From Gammaproteobacteria bacterium (lineage in GTDB: Bacteria > Pseudomonadota > Gammaproteobacteria > GCA-002705445 > GCA-002716945): a DNA stretch of 64,000 nucleotides. Below are positions 22,424 through 32,853 of the stretch, in pieces; position 1 is the stretch's first letter; each line of letters opens with the position of its first letter. A model generated the notes under the pieces. That model searched no databases, was not told the DNA's origin, and saw nothing but the letters and a program-made list of their open reading frames with translations. The position numbers and the translations under genes are program-made. The stretch lies in the NCBI GenBank assembly GCA_038142325.1, contig JAYQJW010000002.1, positions 811,328-875,327 on the forward strand, read 5' to 3'.

Positions 22424-23588
22424 AATTCTCCTGTATGAGTTGTTCAAGTATATCAACTATTTTCAAAACATGTTCTTCTTCGCAAATTAAAGGCGGTAGT
22501 AATCTAATAGTTTTATCTTTAGTGACATTAATTACTAATCTTTTTTTCAAAGCTTTAATTACTAAATCTGCACAGTTCATTTTAAGCTCTATGCCTATCA
22601 TCATACCAAAGACCCTGATATCTTTAACTGAGGAGAGGGGTTTTATTCTAGCGGTTAATTCGTGTTGCATGATTTTACTGATTTTATTCACGTGCTCACA
22701 AAGCCTTGTTTCTCTCATTATGTCTAAAATAGTTAGTCCTACAGATGTCGAGAGAAAATTTCCCCCAAATGTTGATCCATGCATTCCTGCTTCAAGAACA
22801 CGAGATGCTTCCTCTCTTGCTAGACACGCTCCAATAGGAACTCCGTTACCGAGTGCTTTAGCAACCATGACAACATCAGGTTTAATGTTACTGTGTTGAT
22901 AGCTAAACCATTTACCTGTTCTACAAAATCCCGATTGAACCTCATCAATCATTAGAAGCATTTGTTTATCTGTGCATATTTCTCTTACTTCTTTAAGATA
23001 TGAGACATCACATGGAACTATCCCTCCTTCTCCTTGAACGGGCTCAAGGATCAAAGCGCTAATTTCAGTATGATTCTGCAAAGCAGCCTTTAAATCTTCA
23101 ATTGAATTAAAATTAACTCTTATCATGCCATCTAATATAGGACCAAAAGCATCATGAGATTTTGTATTAGCAGTAACACTCATAGCGCCCATAGTTCTGC
23201 CATGAAAGCTGTTGGACATGACTATAATTTTAGGGTTCTTATAATTTTTATCATGGCCATATTTTCTTGCAATCTTAATTGCAGCTTCTACAGATTCAGC
23301 GCCAGAGTTACAAAAAAATGCATTTTCCATTCCAGTTAACTGACATAATCGTTTAGCTAATCGTTCTTGACTTGTGATATTAAACGCATTTGAAGTATGA
23401 ATAAGTTTTTCAGATTGATCTTTAATTGTTTTAGATATTTTAGGATGAGAATGTCCTAAACTTGTAACAGCTAAACCACATAAAGCATCAAGATATTGAT
23501 TGCCTTCATTATCATATAGATACACACCTTCACCTTTAGTGAACCAAACTGGTTTCCTGTTGTAAGTAGGCATGATGTTAGTAGTCAT
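22413..23588 (-). CDS. argD: Acetylornithine aminotransferase
   Basis: NSGAE, FHGRT, EPVQGEGG, DEVQSG, AKALG, HGSTFGGN; coupled to argF. Confidence 0.93.
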   Translation of the reverse strand: MTTNIMPTYNRKPVWFTKGEGVYLYDNEGNQYLDALCGLAVTSLGHSHPKISKTIKDQSEKLIHTSNAFNITSQERLAKRLCQLTGMENAFFCNSGAESVEAAIKIARKYGHDKNYKNPKIIVMSNSFHGRTMGAMSVTANTKSHDAFGPILDGMIRVNFNSIEDLKAALQNHTEISALILEPVQGEGGIVPCDVSYLKEVREICTDKQMLLMIDEVQSGFCRTGKWFSYQHSNIKPDVVMVAKALGNGVPIGACLAREEASRVLEAGMHGSTFGGNFLSTSVGLTILDIMRETRLCEHVNKISKIMQHELTARIKPLSSVKDIRVFGMMIGIELKMNCADLVIKALKKRLVINVTKDKTIRLLPPLICEEEHVLKIVDILEQLIQENYEQ

Positions 23589-23740
23589 AATATGATTATC
23601 CTATAAAAAGGGACATTTTATATTAAATATTGAATATTACCAGTTGCACTCCCTTGTGACTTAATTAGTAATTTTATGTGTATTTTTGGTGCAAAATCGC
23701 ATAGTATTACACTGTTAACGTTAAACAAATAGGGGAAATA

Positions 23741-24835
23741 ATGAAAAAACTATTTAGTATGTTCTTCATACTAGCATTTTCATCGTCAATCTATGCTGGT
23801 GGAGCAAGCATGGGCACAAATCATGGCCATAATGCAATGTCTTCTGCCAAATCATCATCTGGTGTCCATTTCTATGGAAGAATGTATATTGGATATGATG
23901 ATAAACAAACTGGCTAGTGATCAGCTGATGTTGAAAATCTAGATGATGGAGGCAGTAAAAGCAGATTAGGTTTGAAGTTTACAGAAAGCCTAGGAAGTGG
24001 CTTACAACTCGTAGGTAATCTCGAATACAAATTTGATATTGGAGATGGAACAATCAACAAATGAAACTAACTGTACATCAACAAGTGAGGCAACATCATG
24101 TAGAACATTTGATTTGCATGTTGGAAACTTAGGTTTCAAAACACCTTATGGTTACATTGGTGCGGGTACGTTTGAATCGCCTTATAAAACTATGGGGCAA
24201 TTTGATAACAATATGGATACAGCAATTGCACTCAACGAACATGGGGGAACTAGCCAAGGTAATTCAGGTATTGCTGGCAATGTTGAAAGTATGATTGCAT
24301 ACAGTATTACAGCTGGACCTGCAACATTTGCATACATGGTTGGTGTCAGTGAGACTAGAGGCTCTAATGACAATACTAATACTGATCAAGGAGACTATGC
24401 ATTAGGATTACAATTTAAAGATATGTTAGTTCATGGTTTAACAATAGGTTACTCACGTAGTCATGATCAATCAGTATCTGGTGGTTCTGGAACAAGTAAT
24501 GATAGATTTTATGCATCTATGAAGGTTCTACCTAATATGGGAGTTTTTGTTTCTCATGAAGATCTTGTATTGCTGGTTCATACAATTCTAGTACTGTAGG
24601 GGACATTAGAACAATTGGTACACATTACAAAATGGGAATGACTGATTTGCAAGTAGTTTATGCAAAAGGTGATTCTGATGGTGCAGCAACTAATGATTAC
24701 AAAACATTAGGTCTTTCAGCTCAAATGAATCTGAGCAAATCTACAGATCTAACAATTGGTTATATCAAACAAGACTTTGACTCTACTGGAAGTGATATTA
24801 CTACCAGAGGTATTGGTCTAACACACAAGTTTTAA
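23741..24835 (+). CDS. Gram-negative porin (interrupted by stops and frameshifts, probably errors)
   Basis: GGGGA SD; signal peptide MKKLFSMFFILAFSSSIYA; FYGRMYIGY; SRLGLKFTE.LG.GL; C-terminal GIGLTHKF. Confidence 0.85.
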
Positions 24836-24849
24836 TTAATTTAAAACTT

Positions 24850-24890
24850 AAAAAGAACCTAACCTGAATAAATCAGGTTAGGTTTTTTTT
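24850..24890. terminator. Bidirectional intrinsic terminator between the porin and puuD-like genes
   Basis: AACCTAACCTGA-ATAAA-TCAGGTTAGGTT perfect 12-bp stem flanked by A and T runs. Confidence 0.9.
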
Positions 24891-25519
24891 TATTTGTTTA
24901 AGCAGTAAAAGATACTTAAAATTGATGCAACTGAAACTAAGCCAGGATGGTGGGCTGCTCCCATAAATAGAAGCATTGGAACGCTTAGTACAGTATTCGT
25001 TCTTGAAGCAAGTAATGCAGTTTTTTTAGCTTGAGCAATTTCATCTGCTGATGCATCAACAAGACCAAGAACCTTCTGTTGGTTAGGCCAAATTAATACC
25101 CATACATTGAACAACATTATTGTTCCTAGCCATGCGCCTGCTCCGATAACAGAGCTATAGCCACCAGCAAAAGTAAATGCATCAATAAACTGTCCATGAT
25201 GACCTAAGTATGCCGCTCCTGTAAGCCAAGTAACAACTGCTCCCCATCTAAACCAGAGTAATGCAAGAGGTGCTACATATTTTCCAATTGCAGCTGGTCC
25301 TGGCTCTTTATCAGCTGTAGCTTTTGCCATTGCCGGCACCTGAACAAAATTAAAATAATATAAAAGACCAATCCATGTTACACCAGAAAGATAATGTAAC
25401 CATCTGATATAGCCTTCAGCCTCTAGTGGAATAGTTCCATCGGCTAGAACCATTACAAGTACAATTGCTAGTACAAAACCAGAAATTATAGTACCTTTGA
25501 TTGATAATAAAGGATTCAT
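24890..25519 (-). CDS. Urate hydroxylase PuuD-family membrane protein, short form without cytochrome c
   Basis: RWLH..G..WIGLLYYFNFVQ, WFRWGA, GTIM.FNVW..IWPNQ, SRTN motifs; no CxxCH. Confidence 0.75.
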   Translation of the reverse strand: MNPLLSIKGTIISGFVLAIVLVMVLADGTIPLEAEGYIRWLHYLSGVTWIGLLYYFNFVQVPAMAKATADKEPGPAAIGKYVAPLALLWFRWGAVVTWLTGAAYLGHHGQFIDAFTFAGGYSSVIGAGAWLGTIMLFNVWVLIWPNQQKVLGLVDASADEIAQAKKTALLASRTNTVLSVPMLLFMGAAHHPGLVSVASILSIFYCLNK

Positions 25520-25600
25520 GTAAACCTCATTTGTTGATTTGAATTATGCTTATGATAAATGAAGATGAACATTTAATCTATAGGAGACATATCTAAAGTC

Positions 25601-27367
25601 ATGTGTGGCATTTGTGGAGAATTTAAATTTATCAGCGAAGATTTTGATTTGAGCAAACATGATAATCTTATGAATTCCATAGCAAGTCGAGGAAATGATT
25701 CAAAAGGTACATTTAAAGATAAAGATGTTTTTCTTGGTCACCATAGACTTGCAATAATTGATACAAGTGATAAATCTAATCAACCTATGCATATTGGTGA
25801 GCATATCATCGTCTTTAATGGAGTAATTTTTAATTATAAATCTTTGAGAAAAGAATTAATAAATAAAGGACATATTTTTAAATCATCCGGTGATACAGAA
25901 GTTTTACTAAGATCATATATTGAATATGGCAATGAGTGCGTGAAGCATTTAGATGGAGTCTTTGCATTCTGTATTTATGACTCTAAAAAGAAAACATTCT
26001 TCTTAGCGAGAGATAGAATTGGTATTAAACCTTTATACTATTCAAAACAAAACAGCGAATTCTATTTCTCATCACATATGAAAGGTATTATTCAAAATTT
26101 GAAAGCAAAAGAAATAAATCCTGTTGCATTGAATTATCAATTTACACTTCATTCTGTTGTTCCTGCTCCTCATACTATTATCAAAGATATTTATAAATTA
26201 GAACCCGGTCATACACTTTCAATAGATAGATCAGGGAAAATTTATAAAAGAAAATATTATGATATAAACGAAATTGGTTTAGCAAATTATAAAGATGAAG
26301 ACATTATGGATAGAATTTCAATTCTTATAGACTCAGCTGTAAAAAAAAGATTAAACGTAGCTGATGTTCCAGTTGGAGTTTTATTATCTGGCGGATTAGA
26401 TTCAAGTTTAATTACAGCGATTTCAAAAAAATATATAAATAATCTCTCTACATATTCAATTGGATTTAACACGATAGATGAGGAAGAAGGAAATGAATTT
26501 TTCTACTCAGATATTGTGTCAAAAGATTTAAATACTATTCATCAAAAATATCAAATTACAAATGATGAACTACTAACAAACCTTGATAATGTTATTGCAA
26601 ATATGAGTGAGCCAATGTTTAGTCAAGATTCCTCTGCTTTCTACTTATTAGCAAAAAATGTCTCACGATCATCAAAAGTTGTTATGAGTGGTCAAGGAGC
26701 TGATGAAGTTTTTGGAGGGTATTTTTGGTATAGAAAAATAATGGATGAAAAGAAATTAAATGAAATAGAAACATTATCCAAATATTATTTTGATAGAACT
26801 TTTGATAATTATAAAATTGCAATGAATCCGGATTTAGTCTCAAATAATTATGCATACAACGATATAAAATCTAGATTAGAGGAAATGGATTCTTCGCTTA
26901 GCATACTTGATAAAATTTTCAGACTAGAATTATCATTATTTATTATTGATGATCCTGTGAAAAGAGTAGATAACATGACTATGTCTCATGCCTTGGAGGC
27001 AAGAGTGCCATTTCTAGACATTGATTTAATTAATTTTATGCTTTCAATAAGCGCAAGCTTGAAAATTTCAAAAGGAGAAAAATATCTCTTAAAAGAAATT
27101 TCAAAAGGTTTTCTTGATGATAATATAATACTATCGTAAGAAATTTTATTTCCCGGTACCTCCTCTTAAGATAATTGAAGATAAATTCTTACATTACTGT
27201 CAAAAACACTCAACTCTGAACAATCAAATGAAAGAAGATTGTTTAATAAAAAGTATATAAACAGGCTATTAAGTGAGCCTAATAGTCACTTCACGAACCT
27301 GAACGGAAATGAATTGTGGCACTTTACCCTACTAGAAAGATGGTTACAACTAAATATTGAACAGTAG
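25601..27367 (+). CDS. Asparagine-synthetase-like amidotransferase, N-acetylglutaminylglutamine amidotransferase (AsnO-like) subfamily; frameshift near the C-terminus
   Basis: Ntn N-terminus MCGICG, LLSGGLDSS, SGQGADE, DDPVKRVDNMTM, RKK.YFPVP. Confidence 0.8.
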
Positions 27368-27408
27368 CATGACAAGTTATATAATTTTCACATTACATAG
27401 GAGTTAAT

Positions 27409-27723
27409 ATGTCAGCATTAGAAAGAATTAAGAAACAAGTAGAAGAGAGTCCAGTAATACTTTACATGAAAGGTACTCCTCAAATGCCTATGTGCGGTTT
27501 TTCTGCAAGGACTGTAGAAGCATTAAAGAGTTGTGGCAAAGAATTTGCATACGTTAATGTAATTCTAGATTCTGAAATAATGCAGGAGTTACCAAACTTT
27601 GCTGATTGGCCAACATTTCCACAATTATATATTAAAGGCGAACTCATAGGCGGATGCGATATTACTCTTGATCTTCATCAGTCAGGCGAATTACAAAAAA
27701 TGATTGATGAGGCTGTTGTTTAA
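27409..27723 (+). CDS. grxD: Monothiol glutaredoxin Grx4
   Basis: MKGTP..P.CGFS, WPTFPQLY, GGCD. Confidence 0.96.
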   Translation: MSALERIKKQVEESPVILYMKGTPQMPMCGFSARTVEALKSCGKEFAYVNVILDSEIMQELPNFADWPTFPQLYIKGELIGGCDITLDLHQSGELQKMIDEAVV

Positions 27724-28349
27724 GTAGAGGGCGTATTTATCGCGTGAATGATTCCCCAGTAATCAAACAAATTCACTTTTGAAATAGATTGTACGTTCAA
27801 TTTAGCATATGCATTGAACTCTGAAAAAGGAAAATAAGGTCTCCATCCTAAATATTTACTTACCGGCATGAGTCCTTTCTCAATCAGCTTCATTATCTTG
27901 CTATCTGTATCAAAGCTAAAGTGATTGACTAAATATATGTCACCATTAGGTTTGCAAACTCTTTTCATTTCCTTAATTAGTAAATCTGGATTTTGTGTGA
28001 CAGAAACAACATACATACCGACAACTTTATCAAATGAATGATCCTCAAACTTTAATTGCTCACCATTCATCATGAGCACATTTTTTTTTGATAAGTTTAG
28101 ATTTTTAATATTTTTTTTTGCTTTTTCAAGCATATCAGGTGAAATGTCTATACCGGTAACAAATGTCTCAGAGGGATAATATTTAAAAGATGTCCCTGTA
28201 CCTATACCTATTTCCAAAACCTTGTCATTTTTAGAACAATTCATCATACTGACGAGTTTTTTTTGACCGGGTCGGAATACTTGACCAAATGTATAATCAT
28301 AAAAACTCGATACTCGCTTATATGATTTTATTATAGACTTGTCATCCAA
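27720..28349 (-). CDS. pmtA: SAM-dependent methyltransferase, Rhodobacter-type phospholipid N-methyltransferase
   Basis: Y.R...FYD..FG.VF, VLEIGIGTG, FD.VV.MYVVSV, RVCKP.G.I..VNHF. Confidence 0.7.
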   Translation of the reverse strand: MDDKSIIKSYKRVSSFYDYTFGQVFRPGQKKLVSMMNCSKNDKVLEIGIGTGTSFKYYPSETFVTGIDISPDMLEKAKKNIKNLNLSKKNVLMMNGEQLKFEDHSFDKVVGMYVVSVTQNPDLLIKEMKRVCKPNGDIYLVNHFSFDTDSKIMKLIEKGLMPVSKYLGWRPYFPFSEFNAYAKLNVQSISKVNLFDYWGIIHAINTPST

Positions 28350-28392
28350 TATGATATCCTAGATGTGAATTAAGACATAATTATATCATTTT

Positions 28393-28908
28393 ATGAGTGG
28401 AATTATCAAAACTTTAGCTGATATTATGCTTTTTAAAAAAGGGCCTCAAGATCTACCCTCTAGTAAAGGGCTGTTAAATGTCTTTATACTTGCTAATATT
28501 TTAATTAGCTTCATACCAAATGATGTTAACTATAACCTTAGTGTGGCCGTGATTACATCTATAATTTATGTAGGAGCCAGTCTGTTTTTCATACAAACAA
28601 TTCTAAGTGTTAAAGAAAACATGTCCTCTTCAAATGGTTACAGAGTAAGATATGTTCAATCTGCAACATCCATATTAGGAATACATGCTGTTATTGGATT
28701 AGTGACAAGTATAATTTTTTTCTTGAGCAATAACTCCGAATCAATCATCTTTGTAATACTTTTAGCTACAGTCTATTCGTGGCTAATTTATGGATATATC
28801 TTTAAACAGACTCTTGATTGTACTACTTTCATGGGTCTATCAATATCATTTCTCTACAGCATGATTATTGGATTCATGTTAATTATAGTATTGTCTCTCC
28901 TTATATGA
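28393..28908 (+). CDS. Hypothetical multi-pass membrane protein
   Basis: 171-aa ORF, about 5 TM segments, N-terminal GPQDLP; overlaps the mpl start. Confidence 0.75.
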   Translation: MSGIIKTLADIMLFKKGPQDLPSSKGLLNVFILANILISFIPNDVNYNLSVAVITSIIYVGASLFFIQTILSVKENMSSSNGYRVRYVQSATSILGIHAVIGLVTSIIFFLSNNSESIIFVILLATVYSWLIYGYIFKQTLDCTTFMGLSISFLYSMIIGFMLIIVLSLLI

Positions 28909-30224
28909 AAATTCATATTTTAGGTATCGCAGGTACATTTATGTCTGCTATTGCAATTCTAGCCAAAAAAAAAGGTCATGAAGTAACCGGTTCTGATACA
29001 TCTTGTTATGATCCGATGAAATCTATATTAGAAAAGAAAAATATCAAAGTTATCAATGGACATAAAATAAAAGATGTAAAGAATAAAGACTTGATAATAA
29101 TTGGTAATATCATGTCTCGCGGTAATTCTGTAATAGAATATGTTATGAAGAATAATATTAACTACACATCAGGGCCACAATGGTTGTATGACAACATTTT
29201 AAAAAACAAAATAGTTATAGCTGTAAGTGGTACACATGGGAAAACAACAACAACATCAATGATAGTACACATACTAAGGGAAAATAAATTGAATCCCAGT
29301 TATCTAATTGGAGGGTCACCAAAAGGTAAGCTGAGGTCGGTGATGTTAAATAAGTCAGATTATTTTGTTATAGAGGCTGATGAATATGATACTGCATTTT
29401 TTGATAAACGATCTAAATTTATCCACTATAAACCTAACATACTTGTTATAAATAATATTGAATATGATCATGCTGATATTTTTAATAACATAGATGAGAT
29501 TATAAAGTCGTTTCATCACATGGTGAGATTGTTACCCTCAAATGCCACAGCTATTATAAACAATAATGACAAAAACATTGAGAAATTACTGGATATGGGT
29601 TTTTGGTCAAGACTAGTGACATTTAATAATAAAAATGAACCAGCGAATTTTAATTTACTGAAAAAAACTGACTATATGCTAAAACATATAGGTAAAAATT
29701 ATGAACTCCCCAATAATTTAATTGGTGAACATAATCAGCTAAATGCAACAGCAGCTATCGCTGCATGCAAGCAATTATCAATTCCAATTTCTTCACAAAT
29801 TAAATCACTCTCAACTTTTCAAGGAGTCGCAAAGCGAACAGATTTCATAGGTGAAATTAATGGTGTAAGAATATTTGATGATTTTGCACATCATCCAACT
29901 GCTATTGAATCATCAATTAAAGCCATCAAAGAAAGATTTAGAAATAAAAAAATACTTACTGTGTTTATTCCAGGCTCAAATTCAATGCTGCTAGGCGCTC
30001 ATAATCACCATCTAATTTCATCACTAAATAAATCAAATAAAGTATTGATAATAAGTAAAATGAGTCAATTTAAAAAGTTAAAAGTGAATAACATTAAAAT
30101 AAGTGTTATTGAATCTGAAGCACATATAAGACATTATCTCAGTAGGCAAAAAGGCATAGATATTATCTTAATATTGTCTAATAAAAATACTACTAACATT
30201 ATAAATATCATTAAAAATGGATAA
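28905..30224 (+). CDS. mpl: Murein peptide ligase
   Basis: IHILGIAGTFM, GTHGKTTT, EADEYDTAFFDKRSKF, DDFAHHPTAI. Confidence 0.93.
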   Translation: MKIHILGIAGTFMSAIAILAKKKGHEVTGSDTSCYDPMKSILEKKNIKVINGHKIKDVKNKDLIIIGNIMSRGNSVIEYVMKNNINYTSGPQWLYDNILKNKIVIAVSGTHGKTTTTSMIVHILRENKLNPSYLIGGSPKGKLRSVMLNKSDYFVIEADEYDTAFFDKRSKFIHYKPNILVINNIEYDHADIFNNIDEIIKSFHHMVRLLPSNATAIINNNDKNIEKLLDMGFWSRLVTFNNKNEPANFNLLKKTDYMLKHIGKNYELPNNLIGEHNQLNATAAIAACKQLSIPISSQIKSLSTFQGVAKRTDFIGEINGVRIFDDFAHHPTAIESSIKAIKERFRNKKILTVFIPGSNSMLLGAHNHHLISSLNKSNKVLIISKMSQFKKLKVNNIKISVIESEAHIRHYLSRQKGIDIILILSNKNTTNIINIIKNG

Positions 30225-30600
30225 ATTTAATCTCAAAGATAAGCTTACGGATGCACAATTTGAAATAACACAGAATAAAGGTACAGAAGCGCCTTTTTCC
30301 GGAGAATATCTCAATAATAAGGAAAATGGAATATATGCATGCGTTTGCTGTGGTAATAATTTATTTTCCTCTGATCATAAATTTGATTCTCATTCTGGCT
30401 GGCCTAGCTTTTTTGATGTCATGATTGCTGAGAATGTGAATCTAGTTGAAGATAATTCTCATGGAATGATAAGAACTGAAGTTACATGTAGTAAATGTGG
30501 TGCGCACCTTGGACATGTATTTGATGATGGACCCAAACCAACTAATTTAAGGTATTGTATAAACTCGCTATCATTGAGCTTTAAAAATGAAATTGTTTAA
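30217..30600 (+). CDS. msrB: Methionine-R-sulfoxide reductase
   Basis: GWPSF, HLGHVF.DGP, RYCINS, two CxxC. Confidence 0.96.
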   Translation: MDKFNLKDKLTDAQFEITQNKGTEAPFSGEYLNNKENGIYACVCCGNNLFSSDHKFDSHSGWPSFFDVMIAENVNLVEDNSHGMIRTEVTCSKCGAHLGHVFDDGPKPTNLRYCINSLSLSFKNEIV

Positions 30601-31189
30601 AGACATCCCTATATTTCCATTAAAAAGTATTATTCTACCGGGCGGTCAATTTCCTTTGAGGATTTTTGAAAGAAGGTATCTTGATATGACAAGGAATTGT
30701 CTTAAGCATAATACAGGTTTTATTATTGCTCTTACTAAAAAAGATTCAGATTACATCACATCGGTCTATGATTATGCTAGCTATGTTGAAATTGTAGATT
30801 GGTCTCAACTTGATGGTGGTCTACTAGGAATTACTGTAGAGGGAAAAAATATCATCAAACTAGACAATTACAAACTTGATGAGGGTAATTTGTTAATAGG
30901 TAATGGCAAAGAGATAGAAACAGGTTTAGATTATTTGATACCGCAAAAATATCAAATTCTTTCTAAGTTTTATAAAAAAATTTACCCAGAAATTAAATCT
31001 TACATCTTCCATAATAAACCAAAATATAATGACGCAAATTGGATTGGTTTTAGATTAATAGAATGTCTACCTATACAATTAAATGATAAAGCAGATCTCA
31101 TCTCCATGTCGGAACCATTGGATAGATTAGAAAGAATATTACATATAATAAAAAGGATATATCCTAATGAGCTTAATTTACTCAACTAA
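30587..31189 (+). CDS. Stand-alone Lon substrate-binding (LON/PUA-like) domain protein
   Basis: PIFPL...PG...LRIFE.RY..M motif; no ATPase or protease domain. Confidence 0.85.
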   Translation: MKLFKDIPIFPLKSIILPGGQFPLRIFERRYLDMTRNCLKHNTGFIIALTKKDSDYITSVYDYASYVEIVDWSQLDGGLLGITVEGKNIIKLDNYKLDEGNLLIGNGKEIETGLDYLIPQKYQILSKFYKKIYPEIKSYIFHNKPKYNDANWIGFRLIECLPIQLNDKADLISMSEPLDRLERILHIIKRIYPNELNLLN

Positions 31190-32848
31190 TGAGTAGTTGC
31201 ACCAGTATCAGCTTGACTTACAAGTTTTGCATATTTCTTTAGAGCGCCACTTTCTGCATTAATAACTACTTTCTTTGAGGATTTCATTCTAGCTGACATA
31301 TCCTTTTTAGAAATTAGGAGATTAATTTCTTTTTTCTTTGCACATATCTCAATCAAATCACCATTTTTTACGATATGTAATGGGCCTCCAATAGCCGCTT
31401 CAGGTGAAATATGGCCAACAACAAAACCATGACTGCCCCCAGAAAATCTACCATCAGTTATAAGTGCTACATCATTGCCCAATCCTTTACCCATGATTGC
31501 AGACGTTGGGGACAACATCTCTCTCATACCTGGACCACCTACGGGTCCTTCGTTTTTGATAACAATTACAGTTCCCTTATTAATTTTCCCAGCAAGTATT
31601 GCTTTTAGGCACTTCTCCTCAGAATCATAAACTTTAGCTTTACCTGTAAATTGAGTTCCTTCTTTACCAGATATTTTTGCAATTGCTCCATTTGGAGCTA
31701 TATTACCGCGTAATACAATTAAGTGACCATCTTTCTTAATTGGATCTTTGATAGGTTTGATAATTTTTTGGTCGTTGGGGTAAGGTTTAATTTTCTTGAG
31801 ATTATTTTTAAGAGTTTTACCGGTTACCGTCATACAGTCACCATGCATGAGTCCTACATTTTTTAGAGTTTTCATTAAAGGAGCAACGCCACCTATTCTT
31901 ACAAGTTCAGCCATTGAGAATGTTCCACTAGGTTTAAGATCTGCCAGAACAGGAGTTTTTTTACCGATTCGCTCAAAATCTCTCAAAGATAATTTAATGT
32001 TTGCTTCATTTGCAATAGCAAGAAGGTGAAGAACGGCATTAGTAGATCCACCAAGAGCCATAACAATAGTTATGGCATTTTCGATAGATTTTTTAGTCAC
32101 TATATCTCTGGGCTTTAAATCTTTTGCAACGCATCTCATCAAGGCTTTACTAGCTTCTTTAGTATCGGTTAATTTTGATTTAGAAACAGCTGTTTGAGCA
32201 GAACTGTTTGTCAACGACAAACCCATTGCTTCTATAGCACAAGCCATCGTGTTTGCAGTATACATTCCGCCACATGATCCTGGGCCAGGAATCGCTTTTT
32301 TCAATTTGATATAATTCATTATCATCTATAGCACCATTTGCATTTTTGCCAACTGCTTCGAAAACAGAAACGATATCAATTTTTTTGTTCTTATGAACTC
32401 CTGGGAGAATTGTTCCTCCATAAACAAAAACTGAAGGTCGATTAAGACGTAACATTGCCATGACACATGCTGGCATATTTTTATCACATCCACCGAAACA
32501 TATAAAGCCATCAAGGCCTTCGCCAGCAACAACTGCTTCTATTGAATCAGCTATGATTTCTCTAGATATTAATGAGTAACGCATTCCATCAGAACCCATG
32601 GAGATACCATCTGATATTGTAATTGTATTAAAGTTAACTGCTTTACCGCCGTTTGCATCAATTGCTTTCGTTGCAACTCCAGCAAGTTCATTGATATGCA
32701 TATTACATGGAGTGACCATGCTCCATGTAGAAGCAATTCCTATTTGTGGCTTCTTAAAGTCTTTATCTTTAAAACCGACCGCTCTCAACATCGATCTACT
32801 AGGTGCACGATCTTTACCGTCTACAAGTTTTGAAGAATACTTTCTCAT
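31186..32848 (-). CDS. ilvD: Dihydroxy-acid dehydratase (one frameshift near 32300)
   Basis: TPCNMH, GCDKNMP, CGGMYTANTM, GGSTNAVLH, GPGMREM, TDGRFSG. Confidence 0.95.
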
Positions 32849-32853
32849 TTAGC

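Noticed and set aside
23915-23920. Tandem TAG TGA in the porin with the frame preserved (stop readthrough?)
   Set aside because: Best explained by a compensating insertion/deletion pair (for example GGT AGT GGA read as GGC TAG TGA) in an error-rich gene.
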